From: a bacterium
GTDB taxonomy: Bacteria > Armatimonadota > Zipacnadia > Zipacnadales > Zipacnadaceae
NCBI GenBank assembly: GCA_030615605.1
Contig: JAUWYY010000005.1
Coordinates: forward strand, 119,067-183,066
Length of the DNA: 64,000 nucleotides
Direction: 5' to 3'
A program made the translations under genes and the position numbers. Positions within the stretch are counted from its first letter, which is position 1. The number at the start of each line of letters is the position of its first letter. Positions 16,908-26,502 of this stretch are shown piece by piece. The notes below the pieces were generated by a model that was not told where the DNA came from, did no database searches, and was given only the letters and a program-made list of their open reading frames with translations.

Positions 16908-19091
16908 ATGAACAGACACGAACAGGACTACACTCTGGAAGAGCGCTTGGCCAGGTCCGGCCTCAAAGGCCATCCCGGGGCCACCGCGGCCGCGGCCGCA
17001 GCCGCCCTTTCCGGGGATGAGAATCTGCTCAATCGGCTGGTGCAGTTGCTTGATGTCCACGCGGTCATGAACATGGCCGAAGACCACGCGTTCGTGCTGA
17101 ATCAGCCCGAGCCTGAAGACCTCCCCGCTGAGGGCATACCGTGGGTCTGGACTCTGCGCAACGACGGGTCGGCCTTCCCCTGCCCGTTGCCCACCGAGCA
17201 AGACTGGAATGCCTGCCTGCTGGGCACCACCGGTGTGGGGAAAAGCTACGGCGTCAAACACCTGGCCACCCAGCTGCACTTGGCCGGGGAAAGTGTGTGG
17301 ATCTTCGACGTGGAGAACGAGCACGCTGACGTGGCCGTGCAATTTCCTGCAGAAGAGTTCTTAGTGATCGACTACCAGCAGCTCAAGCGCAACATCTTCC
17401 AGCCAGTGCCCGGGGAAAGCCCCAAGGAGGCTATCCACCGCTGCCGCTCGGTGTGGCGGGAGTCGTGCTTCTTGCGCGACGGCAGCGAGAACATGCTGGG
17501 GGACATTCTGTGGCGGGAATACGAGAATCGTGGCGTGTTCCGCGGCAGTCGCAACTACCTCACGCTCGCCGACGTCTGCACCGACCTGACTCGCAAGAAA
17601 TACCGCACCCGCTCGCGAGAGTTCGCGTACTGGGAGACCTTGATGAACCGGACAACCTCGCTGGAGCAGCTTTTGGGTGAGCCTTATGATTGTGTGGAAG
17701 GCTTTGATCTGAGTGAGCTGGTCGGCAAGTCGATGGTCCTGCGCCTGCGGGGCATGGCTGACCAGCTCCGGCTGTTTTTCCTCAACGACCTTATCACCGC
17801 TGCTCTGACCTGCCAGGCACTGCGTCCGGGCAACACCCTGACCATAGTCATTGAAGAAGCCCACCTGACCTACTCTGCGTGGGAGCGGCGCAGTGACCTG
17901 GCCGAGCCGTGCATTCTGCAGGCTGCTCGCCGCGCCCGCAAGCGAGACACACGGCTGGTTTGGGTGGATCAGGTGCCGGCAGCGATGCCGCCTCAAGTAC
18001 TGGCCACCACCCGGGCCAAGACCATCTTTCGCCTCGAAGACGGCGATTCGAAGCGCACGGTGGCCCGCAGTTGCTCGCTGACGCGGGAGCAGGAGGAGTA
18101 CTTGAGCGAGATTCCCGAGAGATGTGCCGTGCAATTCCTGGGCGGTCTGTATCCCAAGGCGTTTCTGGTCAGGTTTCCCGAGCTCAATTTCATCCAGCCT
18201 ACGGAGGCGGAATTGGCCCGCAGGATGCGCCTCGTTCTGGCAGGCCTTCGGTACATGCCCAGACCGCAGCAGCCCAGCCCACCAACTCAGAAAGTGGTGG
18301 CGAAAACCACCCCAAAGGTGGAAGTCAAGCGCCAGCCTGCTCAGAAGGAGCCCACAGCATCCTCACTCACACGGGATGCCATTGACTACCTGATTGAGAT
18401 TGCTAAACATCCTTTTGAGACGGTAACGGAACGAGATGCCCGGCTGGGTCACAGTGGCTACATGGGTGCACGGCTGAGGGATGAACTGGCAGAACGCGGA
18501 CTGGTCGAGCCCTGCCGTGTCAATACCGGCAGGAGGGGTGGAACCATCGTGCTCTATCAGCCGACAGCCACCGGGTGGCGACACCTGAAGTCGGTGCTGC
18601 GCGTGCAAGTAGACCGCCCTCGCGGCAAAGGCGGCCCGGAACATCAGTACTGGCAGCACCAGGCAGCCGCTTGGTGCCGCAGTCGTTTTCCTGACAGCGA
18701 GATAGTGATAGAAGATCATCGCCTGGGCAAGGCAGTGGACGTGGCAGTGTACCTGCCTGACAGCCGCAAGATCGCCATGGAGATTGCCTTGGGTACGGCC
18801 GAGAAGCAACTGTTTGAAGTCGGCAACATCGAGGCTAACCTGGGTGTGGGCTATGACCAGGTGATCGTGGCGGCACGCACCGAGAAGGACCTCGACCGGA
18901 TCAGACGGACAGTGGTCCAGGAGCTGGGCGAGGATGCTGCTAGCAGAATCGAGTGGCGGCGGTTGCGTGAATTCCTGGAACAATCCGATAACGGCGCCGC
19001 AGAAGTCTTAAGTGATCAGCAGTCCCTGGATCTTTCGACACCTACCACACCAAAGGTGATAGTGAAAACGAAAAATGAGTCTGGCCTGTAG
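16908..19091 (+). CDS. HerA/FtsK-superfamily P-loop ATPase fused to winged-helix and PD-(D/E)xK-like nuclease domain
   Basis: RBS 'AAAGGAGAGATCGCA-ATG'. Walker A 'LLGTTGVGKSYG', Walker B 'LTIVIEEAHL'. C-terminus 'AVDVAVYLPDSRKIAMEIALGTAEK..GNIEANLGVGYDQVIVA' has a nuclease-like fold. Located 70 nt upstream of an integrase. Confidence 0.75.
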   Translation: MNRHEQDYTLEERLARSGLKGHPGATAAAAAAALSGDENLLNRLVQLLDVHAVMNMAEDHAFVLNQPEPEDLPAEGIPWVWTLRNDGSAFPCPLPTEQDWNACLLGTTGVGKSYGVKHLATQLHLAGESVWIFDVENEHADVAVQFPAEEFLVIDYQQLKRNIFQPVPGESPKEAIHRCRSVWRESCFLRDGSENMLGDILWREYENRGVFRGSRNYLTLADVCTDLTRKKYRTRSREFAYWETLMNRTTSLEQLLGEPYDCVEGFDLSELVGKSMVLRLRGMADQLRLFFLNDLITAALTCQALRPGNTLTIVIEEAHLTYSAWERRSDLAEPCILQAARRARKRDTRLVWVDQVPAAMPPQVLATTRAKTIFRLEDGDSKRTVARSCSLTREQEEYLSEIPERCAVQFLGGLYPKAFLVRFPELNFIQPTEAELARRMRLVLAGLRYMPRPQQPSPPTQKVVAKTTPKVEVKRQPAQKEPTASSLTRDAIDYLIEIAKHPFETVTERDARLGHSGYMGARLRDELAERGLVEPCRVNTGRRGGTIVLYQPTATGWRHLKSVLRVQVDRPRGKGGPEHQYWQHQAAAWCRSRFPDSEIVIEDHRLGKAVDVAVYLPDSRKIAMEIALGTAEKQLFEVGNIEANLGVGYDQVIVAARTEKDLDRIRRTVVQELGEDAASRIEWRRLREFLEQSDNGAAEVLSDQQSLDLSTPTTPKVIVKTKNESGL

Positions 19092-19161
19092 GCAACCGCA
19101 TATAGATCCGGCGAACATCATGTTCTGACCCCCCCGCCGGACACCAGTTAGGGATAGACAC

Positions 19162-20235
19162 ATGAGAAGCACTGTAGCTGAACATCAAAGCCAGGCAACG
19201 ACAGTAAGCCCCGGTTGCCAGTTGGGAGCGGCCGTTGTCGCTGACAACGAACAGGGAATCCACAATTTCCAGTACTTGGTGGATTCTTTTCTGACCTATC
19301 TTGAGCAGTACCGCCAAGCTTCTCCGCTTACCCTACAAGCCTATGGCCGGGATCTGAAGCGGCTGCATCGCTTCCTGGTGTCTCATGGCCTAGCGACAAA
19401 TGTCCGCAACATTACCAGCCGCGAGCTGCAGGCCTTTGCTGTCTCGATGAGTGGACTGGCTCCAGCCACGATCACACGGGCACTGAATGCTACCAGTTCG
19501 TTATTCAGTTATTTGATAAGAAGCGGTCTGGCAGAGTCCAACCCGGTCGACAGCGTGATCAAGCCCAAGCAGAGGCCTAGTCTGCCCCAGGGGCCAACCG
19601 TTCAGCAATGCCATCGGTTGGTCCAGGCCACTAGCGATATTCGCGACCGAGTTATGATCATGCTGCTGTTGACTGCGGGCCTGCGCCGCTCTGAGCTGCT
19701 GAATTCGCGAACCAGCGATTTGACAGCCGATCTGAGCCGCATTCGGATTATGGGCAAAGGCGGCAAGGAACGGGTAATACCTCTGCCGGAACAGACCCGG
19801 CGAATACTTGAGCAATACCTGGACGAGAGAGAATCAACCTCAGAGCTTCTCTTCCCTAACACGCGCGCCAAGCGCATGGGCAACTCGACGTTCTATCGAA
19901 TCTTCAAGCGCATTGTGAAGAGAGCCGGGCTTGACCAAGCAGGCATCACCGCCCATAGTCTGCGTCACGCCTATGCCACAATGCTGCTGCACTCGGCAGT
20001 GGATGTGAAGACAGTCCAAGAGCTGCTGGGCCATGCTGACCTGAGCACTACTTCACGCTACCTGCACTCGGATGACGCCACCAAGCAGGCTGCCGCTGAG
20101 GCGCTGCCTGACTTGCTCAGCGCGAATGAGGGGCAGGACACACTGAGCGAGAGCCATAGCGAGGAGGCCACGGCCGTTCACCCTAAGAAATTCCCCGCCA
20201 AGAACCGAATCAAATCAGTCTTCAAACGACTATAG
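19162..20235 (+). CDS. tyrosine recombinase, XerC/XerD-like integrase
   Basis: Core-binding domain plus catalytic 'LRRSE', 'HSLRHAYAT', 'LLGHADLSTTSRYLH'. Confidence 0.85.
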   Translation: MRSTVAEHQSQATTVSPGCQLGAAVVADNEQGIHNFQYLVDSFLTYLEQYRQASPLTLQAYGRDLKRLHRFLVSHGLATNVRNITSRELQAFAVSMSGLAPATITRALNATSSLFSYLIRSGLAESNPVDSVIKPKQRPSLPQGPTVQQCHRLVQATSDIRDRVMIMLLLTAGLRRSELLNSRTSDLTADLSRIRIMGKGGKERVIPLPEQTRRILEQYLDERESTSELLFPNTRAKRMGNSTFYRIFKRIVKRAGLDQAGITAHSLRHAYATMLLHSAVDVKTVQELLGHADLSTTSRYLHSDDATKQAAAEALPDLLSANEGQDTLSESHSEEATAVHPKKFPAKNRIKSVFKRL

Positions 20236-20789
20236 TATAAGATAAGGCTGAGTGGATCAGGAGAATTGCACTTGACCTTGGCAGGAAGTCCGGGCGTAGT
20301 TCCGGTAAGTAAACTCGTTGATTAGCTTCGGACTCACAGAGTCGGGAAGGCAGGCTCGAGGAGACAGCCGCATGAGGGCACGTGAGGAAGAGTGCAAGAT
20401 GTGTGCTATTGGCTCAGGGGGTTGCACAATTGCTGTGCAAGGTGGCCTGCGCTTCTGTGTTTGAGCGAGCATATGACAGCACATATGATGCGGCGAGAGG
20501 TATTGAGGCAGGCTTAGACTGGCAAGCAGGCGGTGAGAGAAGGCCAATGTTTCGAGGTATCCAACTCGGGCGGTTGCGCGATAGGAGCGCAGGAGCATGC
20601 CCGTTAGCTGTCCGAAGGCCGCTAATGTGGGTTCGTTCAACCGAAAGGGCCTCCGGACAGCCCACAAATGCCTGACTCTTGTACATGCATCACCAGGGCA
20701 GACAGGGACCTGTGGCAGATTCGAAGAACATCGAACAGACCAGAAGGTAGGTGAGGAATTCCGGTTCTACAAGTAAACAGGAGGAGAAC

Positions 20790-20843
20790 ATGTTAGAGAA
20801 AAGAGGATTTGCCTTGATTGAATTGATGGCGGTGGTACTATGA
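20790..20843 (+). pseudogene. prepilin-type N-terminal leader stub (MLEKRGFALIELMAVVL*)
   Basis: Strong RBS 'AACAGGAGGAGAAC-ATG' followed by the classic prepilin cleavage/methylation motif 'KRGFALIELMAVV', then an immediate stop. No downstream in-frame pilin body. Confidence 0.35.
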
Positions 20844-21395
20844 TATTCTGGTGTGCTCCCGATAAGGAGTATGCCGTCAGACAAGCCCTGCGCGGCGTGG
20901 ATGCCACTATCTTTGATTGCTCGATCAGCAGGGCTTACTGCTGTGGTAGGAAGTAGAGAACTATGGTCGGCACCGGGAGGAATTCGTGATTGACTCAAAG
21001 AATATTATCCGAAACGAGCACCTGGATGAGAAATCCAGGTCAAACAGATGCTGTCCGGCAAAGTGGCTTGGTCGACCTACGAGTTCGGTCACATACCCGA
21101 GGCTGCCGCCGTCTGTCAGGAGATAATGGAAAAATACCCGGATTCACGTCACTCCGGGGAACCGAGCGATCTGTTGGATCAAATTCGCCGTGTCGGAGCA
21201 CCGAGCGAGTGAGGCGCAGCGGCATAAGGTCGCGGCAAGCAGCAAGTCGACAAGAACCGGTTGACGGTGATGTCGTCTTGGCAGCACACTATTCTGGAGG
21301 AATGTCACCATCGCGTCGACGGGGAAGCAAATATGGATGCTACTTAGTCGCGGACAAGGACAAACAGACAGAGATTTTGGGCGGAGGCTCTCATA

Positions 21396-22445
21396 GTGGG
21401 TGGCACTTTCGACAGCCTGAGCCGGGATGCCAGACCTCCGGCCGCAGACTCGACGGCACAAATCCCAACGCCAGAACGTGTCTGGGCAGAGCTTGTCCAG
21501 CTCTGCGCAGTAGGTATGGGTTTCGACAGCCAGATGAGCCTGCCGCATCGACAATTCCAGGAGGACTTGCCTGCTGTCTTCGACCTGAGCCAGAGACACG
21601 GGGTGACGGGACTAGCCTATGAGGGATGCGAGAGAATGGGATATGCCAAAGCTATGGATCCGCACCTTATCAGACAATCAGCAATAAGCTTGCTGCTTAC
21701 AGGAGCAAGGCAGAAGCAGCACGGTCTAGCAATCGCAGAGAGCACAGATGCGCTGGAGAGCGCCGGCATCCGTAGCGTGGTGCTCAAAGGGCTGGCCACA
21801 GCCCATATGTGCTACTCTGACCCGGCGTTACGGCCCTCTGGCGACATTGACCTTCTTGTGGATGTTGACAACAAAGAACGCGCGATAGCGGCGTTGCTCA
21901 ATATTGGCTACGAGGTCCGGGCGGATCCCGTGCCCACCAGTCATATTCTGGCATTTTATTACGCGATAAGCTTAATTAGGGACGGCATTACCATTGACCT
22001 TCACTGGGACCTGCTGAACTGGGGCAGGGAGATCCCAGAGAGCCCGACGATAGAGATTGCAGAGAGGATGCTCAACCGTCGGGCCCTCAGGAAGCTGGGT
22101 GAGGCCGAAGCTTGCGTTCTGACGCCGGGCGACGCGCTGTTGAGCTCCTGCCTTCACCTGTTCGCTCACCGCGGAGAGCGGCGTCTTCTGTGGCTGTGTG
22201 ACACAGCTGCGTTGGCCAGGCATCTCAGGCCTAACCAGTGGTCCGGGATCCGAGGAGAATTAGCGCGGTCCGGCCGTATGGAAGTGTTAGGCACTGCAGT
22301 TCGCACGACACTGGCGCAGGCATGCCGTGATTTTGGCATACCCACTGGACTGAAGTTCTGCAAGGGACTGCCGTGCAGTCGTGCACTACAGGACCTGTTC
22401 GTGTGGCGGCCAGACCTGCACCCGAGGCACAACTTTGATCGCTAG
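21396..22445 (+). CDS. nucleotidyltransferase-family protein (NTP_transf_5-like) of HPr-rel-A-type RiPP cluster
   Basis: 'GIRSVVLKGLATAHMCYSDPALRPSGDIDLLVDVDNKERAIAALLNIGYEV' is the minimal nucleotidyltransferase motif seen next to PqqD/HprK-related kinase genes. Confidence 0.6.
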   Translation: MGGTFDSLSRDARPPAADSTAQIPTPERVWAELVQLCAVGMGFDSQMSLPHRQFQEDLPAVFDLSQRHGVTGLAYEGCERMGYAKAMDPHLIRQSAISLLLTGARQKQHGLAIAESTDALESAGIRSVVLKGLATAHMCYSDPALRPSGDIDLLVDVDNKERAIAALLNIGYEVRADPVPTSHILAFYYAISLIRDGITIDLHWDLLNWGREIPESPTIEIAERMLNRRALRKLGEAEACVLTPGDALLSSCLHLFAHRGERRLLWLCDTAALARHLRPNQWSGIRGELARSGRMEVLGTAVRTTLAQACRDFGIPTGLKFCKGLPCSRALQDLFVWRPDLHPRHNFDR

Positions 22446-22624
22446 AATGAACGGGTGTTGCCAGCAGGCCGTTTCGCATTCACGTCTCTCCCACATCTCA
22501 TCGCCCTGCCGTCGCTGGGTTGAACGCGGCTGCCCGAACACGCGACAGGCGCGGCACTCGGAGACCATTTCCCGACCCAGCACTTCCCTCACTTGCTCTA
22601 CCGCTACCCGGCGCCGGGCCGGGC

Positions 22625-22907
22625 TCAGTAGTTTCCCGACGCCGCCTCCTTCAAAATGGAATTGTCCAGAGCCTGCTCGGCTACCAGCTTCTTGAGACGA
22701 GCGTTCTCCTTTTCCAGCTCCTTAAGCCGCTTCGCTTCATCTACGCGCATACCCCCATACTCCGCACGCCACCAGTAGTAAGTATGATCCGTTACCCCCA
22801 TCTTCTTGCATACTTGGTCCACCGTAGCTCCCTTAGCTAACTCCACTTCTGCCTGCCGTAACTTGTTGATGATCTGCTCCGGGCTGTGTCTCTTCGGGCT
22901 CATCATA
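22625..22907 (-). mobile_element. IS3-family transposase OrfA remnant (no OrfB)
   Basis: 'SPKRHSPEQIINKLRQAEVELAKGATVDQVCKKMGVTDHTYYWWRAEYGGMRVDEAKRLKELEKENARLKKLVAEQALD' is the IS3/IS911 OrfA HTH-leucine zipper. No DDE OrfB follows. Confidence 0.7.
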
Positions 22908-23121
22908 CCGCCCTCCCTTGCATCCAGATTCCCCAAGTAGTAACATTCAACTGGGCTCGTTCTCAGGGGCAAGGACAGCGACTCGTATGACTTGACAAAA
23001 AGCGCAGTACCTGGCATAATGGGCACATCGTGCGATTATCTCGCGCTGGCGGATTCACTAAAGCGAGACGGATTTAGTAATAGGGGGTACGTGGCAATCT
23101 GCCAGCAAGGGGTGGTGTTAG

Positions 23122-23432
23122 TGTCAAGAAACGATTCGGACCTGGCGCAGTGCGTGGTCAAATCTATCGATACAGTCTCAGAAAGAGTCGGAGAGCAGGT
23201 ATTCGTGTTATCAACACGAGATAATAGATTATTTACCTTCAATGGGGTTGGTGCCGAAATCTGGGAGCTCTTGGATGGGACAAGAACCACAGACGACATA
23301 GTCCAAGCCGTGTGTTCGAGGTTCCATGTCCGTCGTGCAGACGCCCGAAGGGACGTGTCACTGTTTCTCCAACATCTGGCGCAACGGGGTCTGACAGATG
23401 TGTTTGCCAACCTCGCATGCCGCGAAGATTAA
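23122..23432 (+). CDS. PqqD-family RiPP recognition element (RRE) protein
   Basis: 'FVLSTRDNRLFTFNGVGAEIWELLDGTRTTDDIVQAVCSRF...DVSLFLQHLAQRGL' matches the PqqD pattern. Start chosen at the GTG with a GGGGTGG RBS. The ORF is open from 22992. Confidence 0.65.
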
Positions 23433-23530
23433 GACGTAACAAAGACCTCAGCACAAGATTTTGCTGCCTTTCGTGGCGCGAGGGTGCGATTGAGCAGCGC
23501 TAACGGCTCAGGAGGGAGCCCAAGGAGCAT

Positions 23531-24340
23531 ATGCAGGCGGGAAGAGGTGTACGGCAAGTTATTCGGTACACTGCGAAGAAGATACTCAGGATAGGCCATT
23601 GCCTTTCATGCTCTGTCAAACGCCATGGCCTCAACGCCAATGCGGACACGGGCCGAGCCTTGGACCTTGGCTCGGTGAAACTGTCACTTGTCAAGCGGGC
23701 GATTCAGGCACAAGGCGGCTTGATGCTGGAATTTGGGGGGTACAGCATGATGCCCAGCATCCGACCTGGGAATACGCTTAAGGTAGTGAAGGCTAGTCCT
23801 GATACCCTCACAACAGGAGATGTGATAGCATTCTTGGCCGGGAGACGAATTGTGGTGCATCGGATTGTGGGGTTGAAACATGGCTGGCGGAAGTGGTACT
23901 TCGTCACCAAAGGGGATAATTGTCAAGTCGAAGATTCACTCGTTGCACCACACCAAGTGCTTGGAATAGTGTGTAAAATACAGACGGGGGCACTAGGACC
24001 TGAACTATCAAGCTCTGTCACTACCAGTACTATCGGGGGATATGAAATGGACCACCAAGCAAGGCCCGTGGCCAAGCCAGGTGTCATATGTCGTAAAGAG
24101 GATGCCGACGGTGTCCTGTTCGACCACGGTACAGGATCCGCAAAGATCCTGAACAGCGTAGGACTCATCGTGTGGGGTTGCTGTGATGGCAGTTGGACGC
24201 TGTCGTCGATCATTGACATGGTTCACAAGCGGTTCCTCGACGTACCGCGCGAGACCATCTCTGCCGATGTCGACAAGTTTGTAATGGAATTGGAAGAGCT
24301 CGAGTTTCTGAGCATTGCAGAGAAGGAGCTCAGCAAGTGA
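23531..24340 (+). CDS. S24/S26 (signal-peptidase-I-like) serine peptidase fused to a C-terminal PqqD-like domain
   Basis: RBS 'AAGGAGCAT-ATG'. 'GYSMMPSI' (Ser nucleophile box) and 'TKGDN' (Lys). C-terminus 'VLFDHGTGSAKILNSVGLIVWGCCDGSWTLSSIIDMV...VDKFVMELEELEFL' is PqqD-like. Confidence 0.65.
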   Translation: MQAGRGVRQVIRYTAKKILRIGHCLSCSVKRHGLNANADTGRALDLGSVKLSLVKRAIQAQGGLMLEFGGYSMMPSIRPGNTLKVVKASPDTLTTGDVIAFLAGRRIVVHRIVGLKHGWRKWYFVTKGDNCQVEDSLVAPHQVLGIVCKIQTGALGPELSSSVTTSTIGGYEMDHQARPVAKPGVICRKEDADGVLFDHGTGSAKILNSVGLIVWGCCDGSWTLSSIIDMVHKRFLDVPRETISADVDKFVMELEELEFLSIAEKELSK

Positions 24341-25383
24341 AGGACCATCTGCCATCCGCGCCTTTTGCTGCTTCTGTGGCGATTACAGCCCGTTGCAATC
24401 TCCGGTGTAAACACTGCTTTGCTACAGGAGGCGCTCCTCTCGATGACGAGCTTTCTACACCTGAGCTCATCGAATTAGTGCATGGTTTAGCCCGTGCCAA
24501 GATCTTCTGGGTAACCGTGACAGGGGGAGAGCCGCTTTGCCATGATGACTTGCTGGACATCCTCAGCAGCATTGAGGAACACAACATGCGATGCAGTCTG
24601 AACACAAACTGCACCTTGGTGTCTAAGAGTGTGGCTCAGAAGCTAGCTGCTGTTCCTGTACGTGGAGGGATATCAGTGAGCCTAGACGGGTCGAAGGCGG
24701 TGGTGGTCGATGCTATCCGGGGCGCTGGAGTCTTCAAAAGGACGGTTATTGGGATCGAGCAGCTAATTGAGTGTGGACTCACGGTTCGAGGCGTCACTGT
24801 GGTCAACAAGTACAATCAGATGGATCTGCTCAACATTGCCCGACTTGCAAGGGAGCTAGGACTTGTCGAAATAGACTTCAACGACATGGTGGGCGCTGGC
24901 TGCGCCAGCGTTAACGCACTGCAGCTTCAACTGACGCCTTCACAAAGGAAGTACGCGGTTGACATAGTTGACCAACTCTCGGAAGAGTATCCTGGATTCA
25001 TAGGCGGTGCCTACCTTCAATGGGGAAGGCAGCTGAAAGGTTTCTCGAAGAGTCCTGAAAGGTTGTTGGAAGGCAAACAAAACACTCTGGATGGGTGCGG
25101 AGCTGCGTTTAGTGCGTGCACCATTAGACCTGACGGGTGGGTCGTTCCTTGTGACGCACTGTGGGATGTGAAGGCCGGCAATGTTAGACAAGAAGACATT
25201 GTGTACATATGGCGAAGTTCCCGGGTTTTCAACGAATTTCGAAGGCTCAAAACTGTCAATTTGGGCCAAGTGCCAGGCTGCAGTGACTGCCAGTACAATA
25301 CGCTGTGCCACGGAGGATGTCGTGCCTCCGCCTACCATGCAACTGGTAACTTGGCGGGCCGTGACCCATTCTGTTGGTATTGA
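24337..25383 (+). CDS. radical SAM enzyme with C-terminal SPASM domain (RiPP maturase 1)
   Basis: 'CNLRCKHC' (CxxxCxxC). C-terminal Cys cluster 'GCGAAFSAC...PCD...CSDCQYNTLCHGGCRASAY'. 4-nt overlap with the upstream gene. Confidence 0.85.
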   Translation: MKDHLPSAPFAASVAITARCNLRCKHCFATGGAPLDDELSTPELIELVHGLARAKIFWVTVTGGEPLCHDDLLDILSSIEEHNMRCSLNTNCTLVSKSVAQKLAAVPVRGGISVSLDGSKAVVVDAIRGAGVFKRTVIGIEQLIECGLTVRGVTVVNKYNQMDLLNIARLARELGLVEIDFNDMVGAGCASVNALQLQLTPSQRKYAVDIVDQLSEEYPGFIGGAYLQWGRQLKGFSKSPERLLEGKQNTLDGCGAAFSACTIRPDGWVVPCDALWDVKAGNVRQEDIVYIWRSSRVFNEFRRLKTVNLGQVPGCSDCQYNTLCHGGCRASAYHATGNLAGRDPFCWY

Positions 25384-25410
25384 CGTCAGGCGCGAGAGAA
25401 GCGTCAAATC

Positions 25411-26502
25411 GTGGAAAGAGCGTGCCCCAAACTCAGGACGATGTCGTTGCACGTCACGGGCAGATGTAATTTGAGGTGCCGCCATTGCTGGGTAAGCCCG
25501 GCCCCAGCTGAGTGCTCGCAGATCGGCAGCGCAGAACTCAGCCTTGCCGAGATTGACGCTGTCATGTCCGAGGCGGTTACCCTCGGATTAGGCTCAGTAA
25601 CAGTAACCGGGGGGGAGCCGCTATTGAGACCAGACATACTGCAAGTACTTCGATGCCTCCGTAGTCACGGTCTCTCGGCATCGCTTGAGACAAATGGCAC
25701 ACTGGTTGATGATCGAATCGCGGAAGACCTTGGTGGTGTGAGATTGGCCGTGGTAGCGGTGAGCTTGGATGGCGCGTGTGGGGATACACATGACAGGTTT
25801 CGCGGCGTTATCGGCGCATTTGAAGCCACAGTTCACGCCATCGAATTGCTCAAGAAGCGGGGCGTTTTTGTGCAGGTCATAACCTGTGTGTGGAAGGGTA
25901 ACTGTGACGAATTGCGTAGCATTTTCGAACTGGCTTGCCGTTTGGGAGTGGACGAATTGAAAATCACCCCAATCTCGGCATTTGGTCGCGCTAGCAACAA
26001 GATGAGCACGAAGCAACTACGCTTGTCGATGCCAGCACAGTTGGAACTTCACCAACGCGTGAGTTCGTGGGTCAGCGAATCGGGGCCAACACGTGCATTC
26101 TTTTCTGTACCGTACGCGTTTCGACCATTGGACAGCCTAGCCAAGAGTATGCATCCGTGTCCGCTTCACACCCGTCTGGGGGTACTGCACGACGGTCGCG
26201 TTTCTATTTGCGGGATCGGAGAAGCAGATGGGAAGCTCCTTTTCGGCAACATTCGTGAGACTTCCTTGGCACAGTTATGGCATCAGAGTCTTGGTCTGGC
26301 AGAAATACGGAGGAGAATCCCCTCCGAACTCGAAGGGGTATGTGGCAACTGCATTCTGAAAACATACTGTCTCGGATTCTGCCGATCCGCGGCATATTTG
26401 GAGAGCGGTTCTGTTACGGCTCCTAATTCGTTCTGTCAAGAGGCGCTCGAAAGGGGATTGTTCCCACGCTCCAGGCTGATTGATCCCAATCTAGCTACAT
26501 GA
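25411..26502 (+). CDS. radical SAM enzyme with C-terminal SPASM domain (RiPP maturase 2)
   Basis: 'CNLRCRHC'. C-terminal 'CPLH...ICGIGE...CGNCILKTYCLGFCRSAAY'. Start may be the internal ATG (MSLHV). Confidence 0.85.
   Translation: MERACPKLRTMSLHVTGRCNLRCRHCWVSPAPAECSQIGSAELSLAEIDAVMSEAVTLGLGSVTVTGGEPLLRPDILQVLRCLRSHGLSASLETNGTLVDDRIAEDLGGVRLAVVAVSLDGACGDTHDRFRGVIGAFEATVHAIELLKKRGVFVQVITCVWKGNCDELRSIFELACRLGVDELKITPISAFGRASNKMSTKQLRLSMPAQLELHQRVSSWVSESGPTRAFFSVPYAFRPLDSLAKSMHPCPLHTRLGVLHDGRVSICGIGEADGKLLFGNIRETSLAQLWHQSLGLAEIRRRIPSELEGVCGNCILKTYCLGFCRSAAYLESGSVTAPNSFCQEALERGLFPRSRLIDPNLAT

Noticed and set aside
17361-18134. 257-aa minus-strand ORF
   Set aside because: It is antisense to the ATPase-nuclease gene, which has Walker motifs. 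There is no RBS or domain signal.
20990-21622. 210-aa plus-strand ORF upstream of and overlapping the nucleotidyltransferase
   Set aside because: The sequence is Arg/Ser/Gly-rich and low-complexity. It has no RBS and overlaps the better-supported 21396 ORF out of frame. It is probably non-coding.
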